From Malacoraja senta (taxonomy: Eukaryota): DNA of 64,000 nt. The stretch is from contig JAXLNO010000446.1 of assembly GCA_038087875.1 (NCBI GenBank), positions 620,001-684,000 on the forward strand, written 5' to 3'. Positions 50,541-64,000 of the stretch are shown here, one piece after another. The first letter of the stretch is position 1. Each line of letters opens with the position of its first letter. Below the pieces are notes generated by a model. The model ran no database searches, was not told the DNA's origin, and was given only the letters and a program-made list of their open reading frames with translations. The position numbers and the translations under genes were made by a program.

Positions 50541-51495
50541 TATTCAGCATGTTGCTACAATAGCAGTCAATCACAAATAATGCTTGACTTTATCGTCAAT
50601 ACTGGGAGTAACCAGGAAATCATCTTAGCTCAAATGTTAAATACTCGTTAGTTTAGTTCAGAGATACAACGTGGAAACTAACCCTTCGGCCCACCAAGTC
50701 CGCACCGACCATCAATCACCCGTTCACACTAGTTCTATGTTAACCCACTTTCTCATCCACTCCCTGCACACCAGGGTCAATTTTTCAGCGGGCAGATTAA
50801 CCTACAAACCCGCACGTCTCCTAATATTGATGTGATAAGGTGAACGTCTTTGGGATGGGAGAAAACTGGAGCACCTGGAGGAAACCCACGCAGTCACAGA
50901 GAGAATGTACAAACTCCACCACAGATAGCATCCGGGGTCAGGATTGAACCCGGGTCTCTGGCACTACCAGGCAGCAGCTCTACCAGTGCGCCACTGTGCC
51001 GCCCTGTAAATCCTTATGTTATGGAGAGGAACAGGGTAAAGTAAGGAGAGGTAGTGAAAAGACTGAAAGACAAGGCAGATGAACAGTAGACACATGATAT
51101 AATAGTTTTATGAAGCTTTAGATCATACTCTTTCTTAGGCCCCCTTCGGTCGTGTGGGTGACCATGGGTGTCTCCAGGGTTGGAGGACGCCTGTGTGACT
51201 TTGTTTAACGTGGGAGACTGGTGCACAGACAGCCACCCCACGGTCCTTGACAGATCTGGGTCAGGATCCAGTGGCATGGAGTCCAAGACGACCGGAGACC
51301 CTTTTCTGCTGCAGCCTTCATCCGTCTTCCCAGCCATTGTGACGCTCCACTAAGGTCAGCCATCGTCCTCCGCCTGTTCCACCCTTGGAGGTCTTGGTTG
51401 ATTGCTCTTGTCAGGAGCCCTCCCCCTCGACCTTACCGCCATGGGTGGCCCTACCAGGAGCATAGGCTTTCAGACGGCATCGCTCTCAGGATCTA

Positions 51496-51695
51496 NNNNN
51501 NNNNNNNNNNNNNNNNNNNNNNNNNNNNNNNNNNNNNNNNNNNNNNNNNNNNNNNNNNNNNNNNNNNNNNNNNNNNNNNNNNNNNNNNNNNNNNNNNNNN
51601 NNNNNNNNNNNNNNNNNNNNNNNNNNNNNNNNNNNNNNNNNNNNNNNNNNNNNNNNNNNNNNNNNNNNNNNNNNNNNNNNNNNNNNNNNNNNNNN
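51496..51695. other. Assembly gap (200 N)
   Basis: Run of N. Confidence 1.
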
Positions 51696-51854
51696 ATACT
51701 TTGCAATTGAGAAGCATTAAATGCAGTCTGAAAAAGGGTCCCGACCCGACACGGCATGTCCATTCCCTCCACAGACACTGCCTGACCCGCTGCGTTCCTC
51801 CAGCACTTTGTGTTTTGGGCAAGATTCCAGCATCTGCAATTCCTTGCATCTCCA

Positions 51855-51949
51855 TTAAATGCAGTCCACAGTTTCATCCGAGCCCTTTTCAGGATTGTAA
51901 ACCATAAAATGAAACTGATCTAGTCCTGGGGATTTGCTACAAGCAGCAC
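51855..51949 (-). CDS. AGA: AGA exon 9, second copy (in gap-flanking duplicated block)
   Basis: Same sequence as 39038-39132; probably the other allele of gene A. Confidence 0.8.
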
Positions 51950-54900
51950 CTGTGGAACAAGAAGTTCAGGAAATCAGGATTAACGTAACACAGCTCAAGT
52001 ATCTTTGTATTTTGAACAGTATCAGCTCCAATGTTTCTGATGGTCTGAGAAAGACGTGTCCAGAACATAGAACAGAAAGATGTTTCCACTAGTGGGACAG
52101 TCTAGGACCAGAGGCCACATCCTCCAATAAAAGGATGTACCTTTAGAAAGGAGATGGGCAGGAATTAGATGAGGAGCCAGAGGGTGGTGAATCTGTGGAA
52201 TTCGTTGCCAAGTACGGCTGTGGAGGCCAAGTCATTGGGTATTTTTAAGGTGGAGATTGACAGATTCTTGATTAGTATGGGTGTCAGGAGATATGGGGAG
52301 AAGGCAGGAGAATGGGGTTGAGGGGAAAACACAAATCAGCCATGATTAAATGGTGGAGTAGACTTGATGGGCCGAATGGCCTAATTCTGTTCCTATCACA
52401 TGAACTTATGAGCACAGTTAAAGGACAGGCCCTTCGGCCCATAATGTCCATGCTGCTAAGTCAACCATGATGCCAAGTTAAACTAATGTTCATGTTTAAC
52501 TCTATCGTGTATTGTGTTCTTTTTATTTGTATGGCTGTATGGTAACTCAAATCTCACTGTACCAATTGAAGCATGTGACAATAAATGTGAACTTGAACTA
52601 ATCTCCTCTGCCTGCATGTCATCCAGATCCATCCATTCTCTGCATATCCATGTACCTATCTTAAAGCCTCCTAAACGCCACTATCGTATCTGCCCCCACC
52701 ACCACTACTACCCCAGGCAGTGCATTCCAGGCACCCACCACTATCTGTCCACACATCTCCTGTAAACTTTGCCTCTCGCACCTTAAAGCTATGTCATCTA
52801 GTATTTGATTTACTTTAGAGATACCGCGGAAACAGGCTCTTTAGCCCACGAGCCCGCGCCAACCTGCGATCCCCGCACGTTAACACTATCCCACACACTA
52901 AAGACAATTCATAATTTTACCAAAGCCAGTTAATCTACAAACCTGCACGCCTTTGGAGTGTGGGAGGAAACCGGAGCACCCGGAGAAAACCCATGTAGTC
53001 ACAGGGAGAACGTAAAAACTCTGTACAGACAGCACCCGCAGTCAGGATTGAACCCGGATCTCTGGCGCTGTGAGGCAGTAACAACTCTACCGCTGTGTCG
53101 TTGTGTGGCTTGCCATTTCCACCCTGGGAAAAAGTTTCTGACTGTCTACCCTGCAATGCTTCTCATAATTTTATATTTCTAATTGAATTTGACTAAATTA
53201 ATAAATGAATAGTTTTCACATTTGTTGTACAGGAAAATGTGATTAGGAATGACTTTTGATTCCTTTTAAAAACTATTTAGTTTTAGAGATACACCGCGGA
53301 AACAGGCCCTTCGGCCCGCTGAGTCCGCGCCGACCAGCGATTCCTGCTCAGCAAACACTATCCTACACACACTAGGGACAATTTACATTTATACCAAGCC
53401 AATTAACCTACAAACCTGTACGTCTTTGGGTGTGGGAGAAAACTGAAGATCTCGTAAAAAAAACACGCGGTCATGGGGAGGATGTATAAACTCCATACAA
53501 GCAGCACCTGTGCTCAGGATTGAACCTGGGTCACTGGCGCTGTGAGGCAGCAACTCTACCGCTGCACCACCGTGCCACTCACTGGAAAATCTCTAGAATC
53601 CTCTACCTTAAGAAAAAGACTGTGCGTTCACTTTATCCATGCCCCTCATGATCATGTACAATAAGGTCACCCCTCAGCCTCCTCAGCTTCAAATAAAAAA
53701 GCCCCAAGCCTATCCAACCTCTCCCTGTAACTCAAGTCCCCAATCCCAGGTAACATCCTGGTGAATCTCTTCTGCACCTATTCCCGGTCAATAGCACTGA
53801 TTATAATTCAACTGCTGTAAAACGTCCCTGGCCAGGACCTGCCCTCAACCGCTTGAGGACAGGCATCAGACGCTATGGAGTAGCGATGAAGAGGTGGGGC
53901 CTCGTGGACAGCGCCTCCTGCGAGTGTGGGGACCCAACAGACAGTGGAGCACATAGTCACCAGTTGCCCCAAACACCGGCCACTGAATGGTGAACGAGGT
54001 CTGATTGACCTGGACGATAACACATTGGCCTGGCTCGCCTCAACGGAGCTGCAGGTCTAAAAGACATACGACAGAAGAAGCAGATGAAAAACTAAAATCA
54101 AGGAACCTTCCAGGTTCAGTCCACTGAAGTGCAGATGGATAGCACGCAACAAAAGCTTTTCACTGTACCTCGGTACACGTGACAATAAACTGAATTGACT
54201 AAACTGAGTATTTAAGAAGGAACTGCAGATGCTGGAAAATCGAAGGTAGACACAAGTGCTGGAGAAACTCAGCGGGTGCGGCAGCATCTATGGAGCGAAG
54301 GAAATAGGCAACGTTTCGGGCCGAATCCCTTCTTCAGCCTGATGCAGGGTGGGGGGGGGGGGCGGGAAGAAGAAAGGAAGAGGAGGAGCCAATGGGCTGA
54401 GGGAGAGCCGAGAATGGGAGGCTGAGGACGCCTCCGCTCGGTCCGCAATAACCTACCTGATCTCCCGGTGGCTCAGCACTTCAACTCCCCCTCCCATTCC
54501 AAATCCGACCTTTCTGTCCTGGGCCTCCTCCATGACCAGAGTAATTGTAGGAGCAGCACCTCATATTTCGCTTGGGAAGTCTACACCCCAGTGGTATGAA
54601 CATTGACTTCTCCAATTTCCAGTAGTCCTTATTGTCTCCTCCCCTTCTAAGCTCTCCCTCAGCCCTCTGGCTCTTCCTCTTCCTTTCTTCTTCCCGCCCC
54701 CCACCCTACATCAGTCTGAAGAAGGGTCTTGGCCCAAAACGTTGCCTATTTCCTTCGCTCCATAGATGCTGCCACCTCGGCTGAGTGACTAAACTGAGTG
54801 CTTTATGGTGAATTGCTTTGACAATATATTTTTAGCTTTCAACTTAGTTCAGTTGTTGTTTACACCAGGTGGTCATTGGCCAATGTTACTGAGAAGCCTT

Positions 54901-57900
54901 TATTTCTTTCAACCCAGGTCAACCACGTTGAGAAATCTTGTTGCGATAAAGATCTAAACTAGCCGCCTCAGACATTGTTTTACAGTGGTCATAAAACAAT
55001 TCTGTGGACTGTGATAGAACCATTAAAAACAGGAGCAAGAGTAGACCTTTCAACCTTGTAGCCTGGTGACCCATCCTGTATTCTCATCGGCCTCTCCATA
55101 CATACATTGATGCCTTCAGCCCAATCAACAATAGCCCCCTTGCCTGACCTGCCCAGTTCCACTTGTCTCTTCCCTTTCTGCATCTACACTCCAACTGTGT
55201 TTTTTATTCCAAACCAAGCTATAATCTCCCTGTGGGGCCCATATTCCTCTAAACCTTTCCCCTCCCCATGTACCCGTCTAAGAGGCCCCATCTAAGCAAG
55301 TGGAAACAGGCCCTTCGAGCCAACTTGCCCATGCTGAACAACATTCCCCATCTATACTAGTCCCACCTGCCTGTGTTTGGCCATGAAGGAGGGTCACGAC
55401 CTGAAATGCCACCTATTCCTTTTCTCCACAGGAGTTACTCCAGCATTTTGTGTCCATGTCCCATTCAACCTTTCCTATCCACGCACATGTTCAGAAGTCT
55501 TTGAAATATTATAGTACCAGCCTCAACTACCACCTCTGCCAGCTAGTTTCATATACCCACCTCCCACATTTAAAAGTTAACCCTCAGGTTCCAATTAAAT
55601 CTTTCCCCTTTCATCTATGGTTCTTGATTCCCCTAATCTGAGGAAAAATATTCTGTGCATTCATAGAACATGGGAAAATAGGTGCAAGAGTAGGCCATTC
55701 GGCCCTTCGAACCAGCACCGCCATTCAATATGATCATGGCTGATCATCTAAAATCAATACCCCGTTCCTGCTTTTTCCCCATATCCCTTGATTCCTTTAG
55801 CCCTAAGAGCTGAATCTAACTCTCTCTTGAAAGCATCCAGTGAATTAGTCACTCCCGTGTTCCAAGGAATAGAGTCCTAGCCAGCACAACCTTTGTTTTC
55901 ATTACAAAATGTCACCTTGAAAGCAAGCTATCAAACTATATCTGATTTCACGTATGAATCCTACATACCCTACCCCACAGAGGTGCCATAGTTCATTAAT
56001 CAGCAGATGTGAGGAGTTGTTAACAGATTCCCAACTTTCCTATCCAATTCCCAGCAGGAGGGACATAATACAAAATAAAACTAATCTAGTCCACCCATTA
56101 CAAATTCAGATTGCTTCCGTTCCAGCAGCTTTTCCTCCCGTGTATTGTGTTTCAATGTGAATGTATCTTGTACAACATAAAAATCACAGTGAGTCTCCAG
56201 TGGTTCTGGGTTTCAGGCGCAGAATTTGGCCATTCAGCCCATCAAGTCTACTCCACCAATCAATCATGGCTGATCTATCTTTCCCTCTCAACCCCATTCT
56301 CCTGCCTTCTCCCCATAACCCCTGACACCCGTACTAATCAAGATTCAGTCAATCTCCGCCTTATAAATACCCATTGACTTGGCCTCCACACCTTCGGTGG
56401 CAATGAGTTCCACAGATTCACCACCCTCTGGCTAAGTAAATTCCTCCTCATCTTTCTAAAGGTACATCTTTTTATTCTGAGGCTATGACCTCTGGTCCTA
56501 GACTCTTCCACGAATGGAAACATCCTTTCCACATTCACTCTATCCAGGCCTTTCACTACTCAGTAAAGGGCCTGTCCCACGGGCATGCGACTCCATGCGG
56601 CAAGCGCGACCTTACTGCAAGCGGGGGCCGTGCGGAGGTCGCGGGGCCGGTCCCACTTCGAACGCCGGAGCCGTATGGAGTTGTGCGGAGCTGGTCCCGA
56701 AAAACTGACACTGTTCAAAGATTCCGTGCGGCAACGGCCTGCCGCCCCGCAGCCGCATCGAGGCCGTGCGCGCTGCATCGACGACCGTGCGCACTGCCTC
56801 GACGCTGGACGCAGCCGCCTCGAGGCCGGACGCAGCCGCATCGAGGCCGTGCGCACCGCCTCGCTGCCGTATTGACGTCACTCGCCCTCCGCGCGGCCCC
56901 CGCTTCCGGTTTGGTAGCGCTTGCCGCATGCAGCCGCATGCTGGTGGGACCGGCCCTGTACGGGGATCACTCGACCTCCGCGCGGCCCCCGCTTGCGGTT
57001 AGGTCGCGCTTGCCGCATGGAGTCGCATGCCCGTGGGACAGGCCCTTAAGTTTCAATGAGGTCTCCCCTCATCTTTCTAAATTCCAGTGAATACAGGCCC
57101 AGTGCAGTCGAACGCTCATCATACGTTAACGCAATCATTCCTGCAAATCATTTGGAAAGCCGTGACAGGATCGGTCAAAGTCAGCATGGATTTATGAAGG
57201 GGAAATTATGCTTGACTAATCTTCTGGAATTTTTTGAGGATGTAACAAGTAGAATGGATAAGGGGGAGCCAGTGGATGTGGTGTTTCTGGACTTTCAAAA
57301 AGCCTTTGACAAGGTCCCACACAAGAGATTAGTGTGCAAAACTAGAGCACATGGTATTGGGGGAAGGGTATTGACATGGATAGAGAACTGGTTGGAAGAC
57401 AGGAAGCAAAGAGTAGGAATTAACTGGTCCTTTTCAGGCACCTTGTGCTTGGAAGGGCCGAGTGGCCTACTCCTGCACCTATTTTTCTATGTTTCCATCA
57501 TTCTCGGTCTATTGAAGACATACTATTGTCTTCTGCAGGTTGAGGTACACGTAATGAATCAGCAATCATACTTCCAACTACTCACTGGGTTTATCCACCG
57601 AGGAATCAGGGTATTGTCACAACGAATATGAGACATTTAGACAGGTATTTGGATAGGACAGGTTTAGAGGGATATGGGCCAAATGCGGGCAGGTGGGACT
57701 AGTGTAGATGGGACATGTTGGTCGGTGTGGGCAAGTTTGGCCGAAGGGCCTGTTTCCATGCTGTATCACTATGACTATTGTATTCATCATATTTTATCAA
57801 GGGGTCATACTGCATGGAAAGAGGCCCTTCGGTCCAAGCCGTCTATGCCAACCAACATGCCCCATCTAAACTAGTCTCGGGAGAAGACACAACGTGCTGG

Positions 57901-59160
57901 AGTAACTCAAGGTCAGGCAGCATCTCTGGAGAACATGGATAGATGAAGTTTCACAGTGTGGCAAACCCCACCTGCCTGTGTTGGACCCGTATCCCTCTCA
58001 ACCTTTCCTATCCATGTACCTGTCCAAATGTCTTTTAAATGTTGTTGATAAAGGATCGGACCCTTCTTCAGACTGGTCTCATTTGCCACCATTTGGCCCA
58101 TATCCCTGTCTCAATGTCTTTGTCCACACCTCCACCCTGGGACCCCAGCGTTCCTTCCAGGTGAGTCAGAGGTTCACATGCAGTTCCTCTAATCTCACCT
58201 GTTGCATCCGGTGCTGCTGATGTGGCCTCCTGTACATCGGCGAGACCATGCAACTATGCGGGACTGTCATATGCCGAGAGAATGGAGCGGCTGGGCTTGT
58301 ATACTCTGGAGTTTAGAAGGATGAGAGGGTATCTTATTGACACATATAAGATTATTAAGGGTTTGGACACGTTAGAGGCAGGAAACATGTTCCCGATGTT
58401 GGGGGAATCCAGAACCTGTTTAGCAATTTCCAACAGCAGGTAGTGAATTAGTATACACTTCAACAATTAGAATCACGTTTAGAAGCATCAAAAAAATGTT
58501 TTTCTGGAGTAACTCAGCAGGTCCGTCTGAACAGGGAGCCTGACCCGAAACATCCCTATCCATGTCCTCCAAAGATGCTGCCTGACCCGCTGAGTTACTC
58601 CAGCACTCTGTGAAACGTCACCTATCCATGTTCTCCACAGATGCTGCCTGACCCGCTGAGTTACTCCAGCACTCTGTGAAACGTCACCTATCCATGTTCT
58701 CCAGAGATGCTGCCTGACCCGCTGAGTTACTCCAGCACTCTGTATTTTGACCAAGATCCCAGCATTTGCAGTTCCTTGTGTCTCCTGCTCTGATCTAAAT
58801 TATTTGTTTGTGGCCAACTATTTTGCATAGAATGATTTAGAGACATACAGCATGGAAACAGGCCCTTCAGCCCATCTCATCCATGCCTACCAACATATCC
58901 CATCTACACTAGTCCCAGCCCACCTGCTCACATTTGGCCCAATTTTGCCCCTCTCTGCAAAAGACTTTGGCAATCTTGTTTTATTTCCCTTTAGTCTTTG
59001 AATTTTTCTCTGAGGATGTTCATAAGTTAGAAAGGCAGAATTTGAGACATCAAGTCTACTCCGCCATTCAATCATGGCTGATCTATCTTTCCCTCTCAAC
59101 CCCATTCTCCTGCCTTCTCCCCGTAACCCCTGAGAAGATGAGATTTATCCCAAGACTTAC

Positions 59161-59294
59161 CATAACTCCCAGTCTTGTTGGCACAGATGATGGCACCAAA
59201 AAGGTTTGGATGATACTTTTGGATTCTTCTAATAACTTTCTGGCAGGCGGTGATTGGATCAATTCCCATTCTCATGTATTCCACTGCCTGGTAG
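59161..59294 (-). CDS. AGA: AGA exon 8, second copy (duplicated block)
   Basis: Same peptide as 46852-46985, with one synonymous Ile codon difference. Confidence 0.8.
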
Positions 59295-59923
59295 CTGAGT
59301 TGGCAAACAAAACAGATGAATACCCACATTGTAAATGTACTGCAGTACACTTTACCAAGGCTAGAAAATAAAATTTCTGCAAACTACTCAGCATTTATCT
59401 GTATGACTATAGACATTGATAAATCTGAACCAATTTAAATTATAAGAAAATGAACATTAAATAAAACTGCAGATGCTGGAAATCTGGAAAAAAAAACCTA
59501 GGACCACTCACCACTTTAGGCAGCATCAGTGAAAAGTCAGATTAGATCAGGTTAGTTTGTTTAAACCGGGATGTGGAGAGAATGCAGGAAACTATTGGCC
59601 GGTGAGCCTCACGTCAGTGGTAGGGGAACTATTGGAGAAGATTCTTTGGGATAATCTGAAAGAAAGACCTGATTTTTTTTAATTTCAGGGTTTCTGAAGA
59701 AGGGTCTTGACCCAAAAGGTCACCCATTCCTACTCTCCAGAGATGCTGCCTGTCCCGCTGAGTTACTCCAGCATTTTGTGTCTACCATTCTTTGGGATAG
59801 AGCAGTTCCAGAGTTGAATGTCCACATTGGGGTAGAGGTGAATCGGACAGTACCGAGCTTATTGATGGTCATCGCGGGCTCAGTGGGCCAGTTTCAGGCT
59901 GAATGTGGTGAGGGTTGCCGTAC

Positions 59924-60031
59924 CTTGGGAGGAATCGCATCATGATGTCTCCATTCCCGGTCACAGCTGCTGCTCCAGCTGTACTGTCAGCGTAGGCACC
60001 TGCTCCAGCGATCGGGGAATCCCCTACACGG
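59924..60031 (-). CDS. AGA: AGA exon 7, second copy (duplicated block)
   Basis: Same as 47616-47723 except AAAVTGNGD instead of AAAATGNGD. Confidence 0.8.
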
Positions 60032-61960
60032 CTGTAAGACACACCCACACTCCACATCACACACCCATCACTGCCCACAGCATCATCTATGATGGTCTTT
60101 ACCAGAAACACGGCAACATCTGATTTATAAATAGGGATTAAGAACATAGAACACCGTTGGGCATCACGGTGGCGCAGCGGTAGAGTTGCTGCCTCACAGC
60201 ACCAGAGACCCCGGTTCCATCCTCACTACGGGTGCTCTCTGTATATAGTTTGTATGTTCTCCCCGTGGGTTTTCTCCAGGCGCTCCGGTTTTCTCCAGGC
60301 ACTCCAAAGACGTACAGGTTTGGAGATTAATTGGCTTGGTAAAAATGTAAATTGTGAGAACGTACAAACTCCGTACAGACAGCACCCGTAGTCAGGATGG
60401 AACCCGGGCCCTGAGCGCTGTGAGGCAGCAACTCTACCACTGCTCCACCGTGCCGCTCCATAACCAGTGAAGGCAACGTGGGGATTCAACCAGCTTGGCT
60501 GTCTTGTACAGAGTTTTAATTCCAATAGGAACAACTATTGCAGAAGGTTTGATAGTCGCACAGTGAGCATTTGTACTTTTCTGGCTAATTTTAGGATTTG
60601 AGTATCACTTAGTTCACTCTCTGACACATTTAAAAGCATTGGTTGGCATTAATAGCCATAACCTTATAGCACTGAATGTTAAACAGCGGAAGATTTACAA
60701 CATGGCAGTAATTTTCACCTCTGCTCTCTGGGTGGTATTGCAGAGAGTAAATTGATCTGATGACTTTCATTCCATAATACATTTGTCCCACCAATTTAAC
60801 GCCAATTTTCTACGAAGCAGTGGTATTAAGCCCGTGGCTAATAATGGGAGTAAGTGTGTTACATAAGTATTGTAATGTGGGACAGCATAGTGGCGCAGCG
60901 GGTAGAGCTGATGCCTCACAGCGCCAGAGACACAGATTGGATCCAAACCTCAGGTGCTGTCTGTGTGGAGACTGCCTGTGACTGCGTGAGTTTTTCTCCA
61001 GGTGTTTAGTACAGTTTAAGTTAGTTACAGCGCGGAAACAGGCCCTTCAGCCCGCTGAGTCCGTTTGACCAACGATCAACGAGTCTGTGGAATTCTCTGC
61101 CTCAGAGGGCGGTGGAGGCAGGTTCTCTGGATACTTTCAAGAGAGAGCTAGATAGTGCTCTTAAAAATAGCGGAGTCAGGGGATATGGGGAGAAGGCAGG
61201 AACGGGGTACTGATTGGGGATGATCAGCCATGATCACATTGAATGGCGGTGCTGGCTCGAAGGGCCGAATGGTCTACTCCTGCACCTATTGTCTATTGAT
61301 CCCCGCACATTTACACCATCCTACACACACGAGGGACAATTTACAATTATACCAAGCCAATTAACCTACAAACCAACAGACAATAGGTGCAGGAGTAGGC
61401 CATTCAGCCCTTCGAGCCAGCACCGCCATTCAATGTGATCATGGCTGATCATCCACAATCAGTACCCCGTTCCTGCCTTCTCCCCATATCCCTTGACTCC
61501 GCTATCTTTCAAAGCTCTGTCTAGCTCTCTCTAGAAAGCATCCAGAGAGCATCTTTACGTCTTTGGTGTGTGGGAGGAAACCGAAAACCAACGATCTCGG
61601 AGAAAACGCACGCTGGTCACGGGGAGACGATACTATCTGCGTACAGACAGCACCCGTAGTCAGGATCGAACCCGGGTCCCTGGCGCTGTGAGGCAGCAAC
61701 TCTACCACTGCGCCACCATGCCGCTCCGGTTTCTTCCCATATCCCAAAGGTGTGCGGGTTTGATGGTTAGTTGGCGTCTGTGAATTGCCCATAGGGAGCG
61801 AATAAGAAAGTGAGATAACATAGAACTATGAATGAGCGATCAATAGTCAGCATGGAATCAGTGGGTCAAATAGCCTGTTTCCATGGCCTGAGTTCCTCCA
61901 GCACTTTGTGTTTTGCTCAAGATTCCAGCATCTCAGTGTGTGTGTGTGTGTGTGTGTGTC

Positions 61961-62036
<76 letters not shown>

Positions 62037-62133
62037 TGTGTCTGTGTCTGTGTCTGTGTCTGTGTCTGTGTCTGTGTCTGTGTCTGTGTCTGTGTCTGTG
62101 TCTGTGTCTGTGTCTGTGTCTGTGTCTGTGTCT

Positions 62134-62212
<79 letters not shown>

Positions 62213-62257
62213 TGTGTCTGTCTGTGTGTGTGTCTGTGTCTGTGTGTGTGTGTGTCT

Positions 62258-62308
<51 letters not shown>

Positions 62309-62347
62309 CGTGCGTGTGTGCGTGTGCGTGTGCGTGTGTGTGCGTGT

Positions 62348-62390
<43 letters not shown>

Positions 62391-62457
62391 CGTGCGTGCG
62401 TGTGTCTCTGTCTGTGTGTGTGTGTGTGTTTGTCTCTCTGTGTGTGTGTCTCTCTCT

Positions 62458-62506
<49 letters not shown>

Positions 62507-62605
62507 TCTGTGTGTGTGTGTGTGTGTGTGTGTGCGTGCGTGCGTGCGTGTGTCTCTGTCTGTGTGTGTGTGTGTGTTTGTCTCTCTGTGTGTGTGTCTC
62601 TCTCT

Positions 62606-62650
<45 letters not shown>

Positions 62651-62749
62651 TCTGTGTGTGTGTGTGTGTGTGTGTGTGCGTGCGTGCGTGCGTGTGTCTC
62701 TGTCTGTGTGTGTGTGTGTGTTTGTCTCTCTGTGTGTGTGTCTCTCTCT

Positions 62750-62798
<49 letters not shown>

Positions 62799-64000
62799 TC
62801 TGTGTGTGTGTGTGTGTGTGTGCGTGCGTGCGTGTGTGCGTGTGTGCGTGTGTGTGTGTCTCTCTCTCTGATATTCAGCATGTTGCTACAATAGCAGTCA
62901 ATCACAAATAATGCTTGACTTTATCGTCAATACTGGGAGTAACCAGGAAATCATCTTAGCTCAAATGTTAAATACTCGTTTAGTTTAGTTCAGAGATACA
63001 ACGTGGAAACAAACCCTTCGGCCCACCAAGTCCGCACCGACCATCAATCACCCGTTCACACTAGTTCTATGTTAACCCACTTTCTCATCCACTCCCTGCA
63101 CACCAGGGTCAAATTTTCAGCGGGCAGATTAACATGCAAACCCGCACGTCTCCTAATATTGATGTGATAAGGTGAACGTCTTTGGGATGTGGGAGAAAAC
63201 TGGAGCACCTGGAGGAAACCCACGCAGTCACAGAGAGAATGTACAAACTCCACACAGATAGCATCCGGGGTCAGGATTGAACCCGGGTCTCTGGCACTGC
63301 CAGGCAGCAGCTCTACCAGTGCGCCACTGTGCCGCCCTGTAAATCCTTATGTTATGGAGAGGAACAGGGGTAAAGTAAGGAGAGGTAGTGAAAAGACTGA
63401 AAGAGACATAGGCAGATGAACATGTAGACACACAGATATATAGTTTTATGAAGCTTTAGATCATACTCTTTCTTAGGCCCCCTTCGGTCGTGGGTGACCA
63501 TGGGTGTCTCCAGGGTTGGAGGACGCCTGTGTGTGACTTTGTTTAACGTGGGGAGACTGGTGCACAGACAGCCACCCCACGGTCCTTGACAGATCTGGGT
63601 CAGGATCCAGTGGCATGGAGTCCAAGACGACCGGAGACCCTTTTCTGCTGCAGCCTTCATCCGTCTTCCCAGCCATTGTGACGCTCCACTAAGGTCAGCC
63701 ATCGTCCTCCGCCTGTTCCACCCTTGAGGTCTTGGTTGGATTGCTCTTTGTCAGAGACCTCCCCCTCGACCTTACCGCCATGGGTGGCCCTACCAGGAGC
63801 ATAGCTTCAGACGGCATCGCTCTCAGGATCTCAGGTCCACACAAGCTTCTCCACCACGATAAGGTGACAATCCACGTAGATCATACATACCCAGAGATTT
63901 TATGGATCTGCCCATTGGTCGATGTTCCTGCTGCGATATTCCCAAACTTATCAATTGCAATTAAACCTGATTCAAAATCAGAAAATATATTAAATTATAC

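Larger units (their letters stand above)
51696..63831 (+). repeat. Near-identical duplicate of 38879-51495 starting exactly at the gap
   Basis: Collinear repeats, AGA exons 9-8-7 and microsatellite, with scattered SNPs and indels. Confidence 0.93.

Noticed and set aside
49520..50580. Long Cys/Val or His/Thr-rich ORFs (also 61847-62911)
   Set aside because: Translation of (TG)n microsatellite; open in all frames only because it lacks stop codons.

Overview
Vertebrate genomic DNA, most likely a cartilaginous fish (skate/ray); this is inferred from the CR1/L2/Penelope/HE1-like SINE repeat landscape. The only recognisable host gene is AGA (lysosomal aspartylglucosaminidase), on the minus strand. 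Read in transcription order (high to low coordinate) the exons run 7-8-9 [gap] 7-8-9 ... 1'-1-2-3-4-5 [gap] 6. So the 3' end of one AGA gene (gene A, exons 7-9) lies directly upstream of a second AGA gene (gene B, exons 1-6) within one contig, which suggests a tandem paralog pair. Gene B has two intact, diverged copies of the signal-peptide exon 1. It may also have an upstream X-box-associated micro-exon that could splice in frame to give an N-terminally extended form. Two 200-N gaps are each flanked by near-identical duplicated sequence (about 2.5 kb and about 12 kb), probably uncollapsed haplotype overlaps. The rest is mostly transposable elements: CR1 (one near-complete ORF2), L2, a full-length Rex-Babar LINE interrupted by an inverted Penelope element with minimal hammerhead-ribozyme motifs, a 360-nt retrozyme-like unit, tandem Helitron ends, MITEs, THAP-domain relics, SINEs and mini/microsatellites. 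Coordinates were counted by hand; repeat boundaries are approximate.
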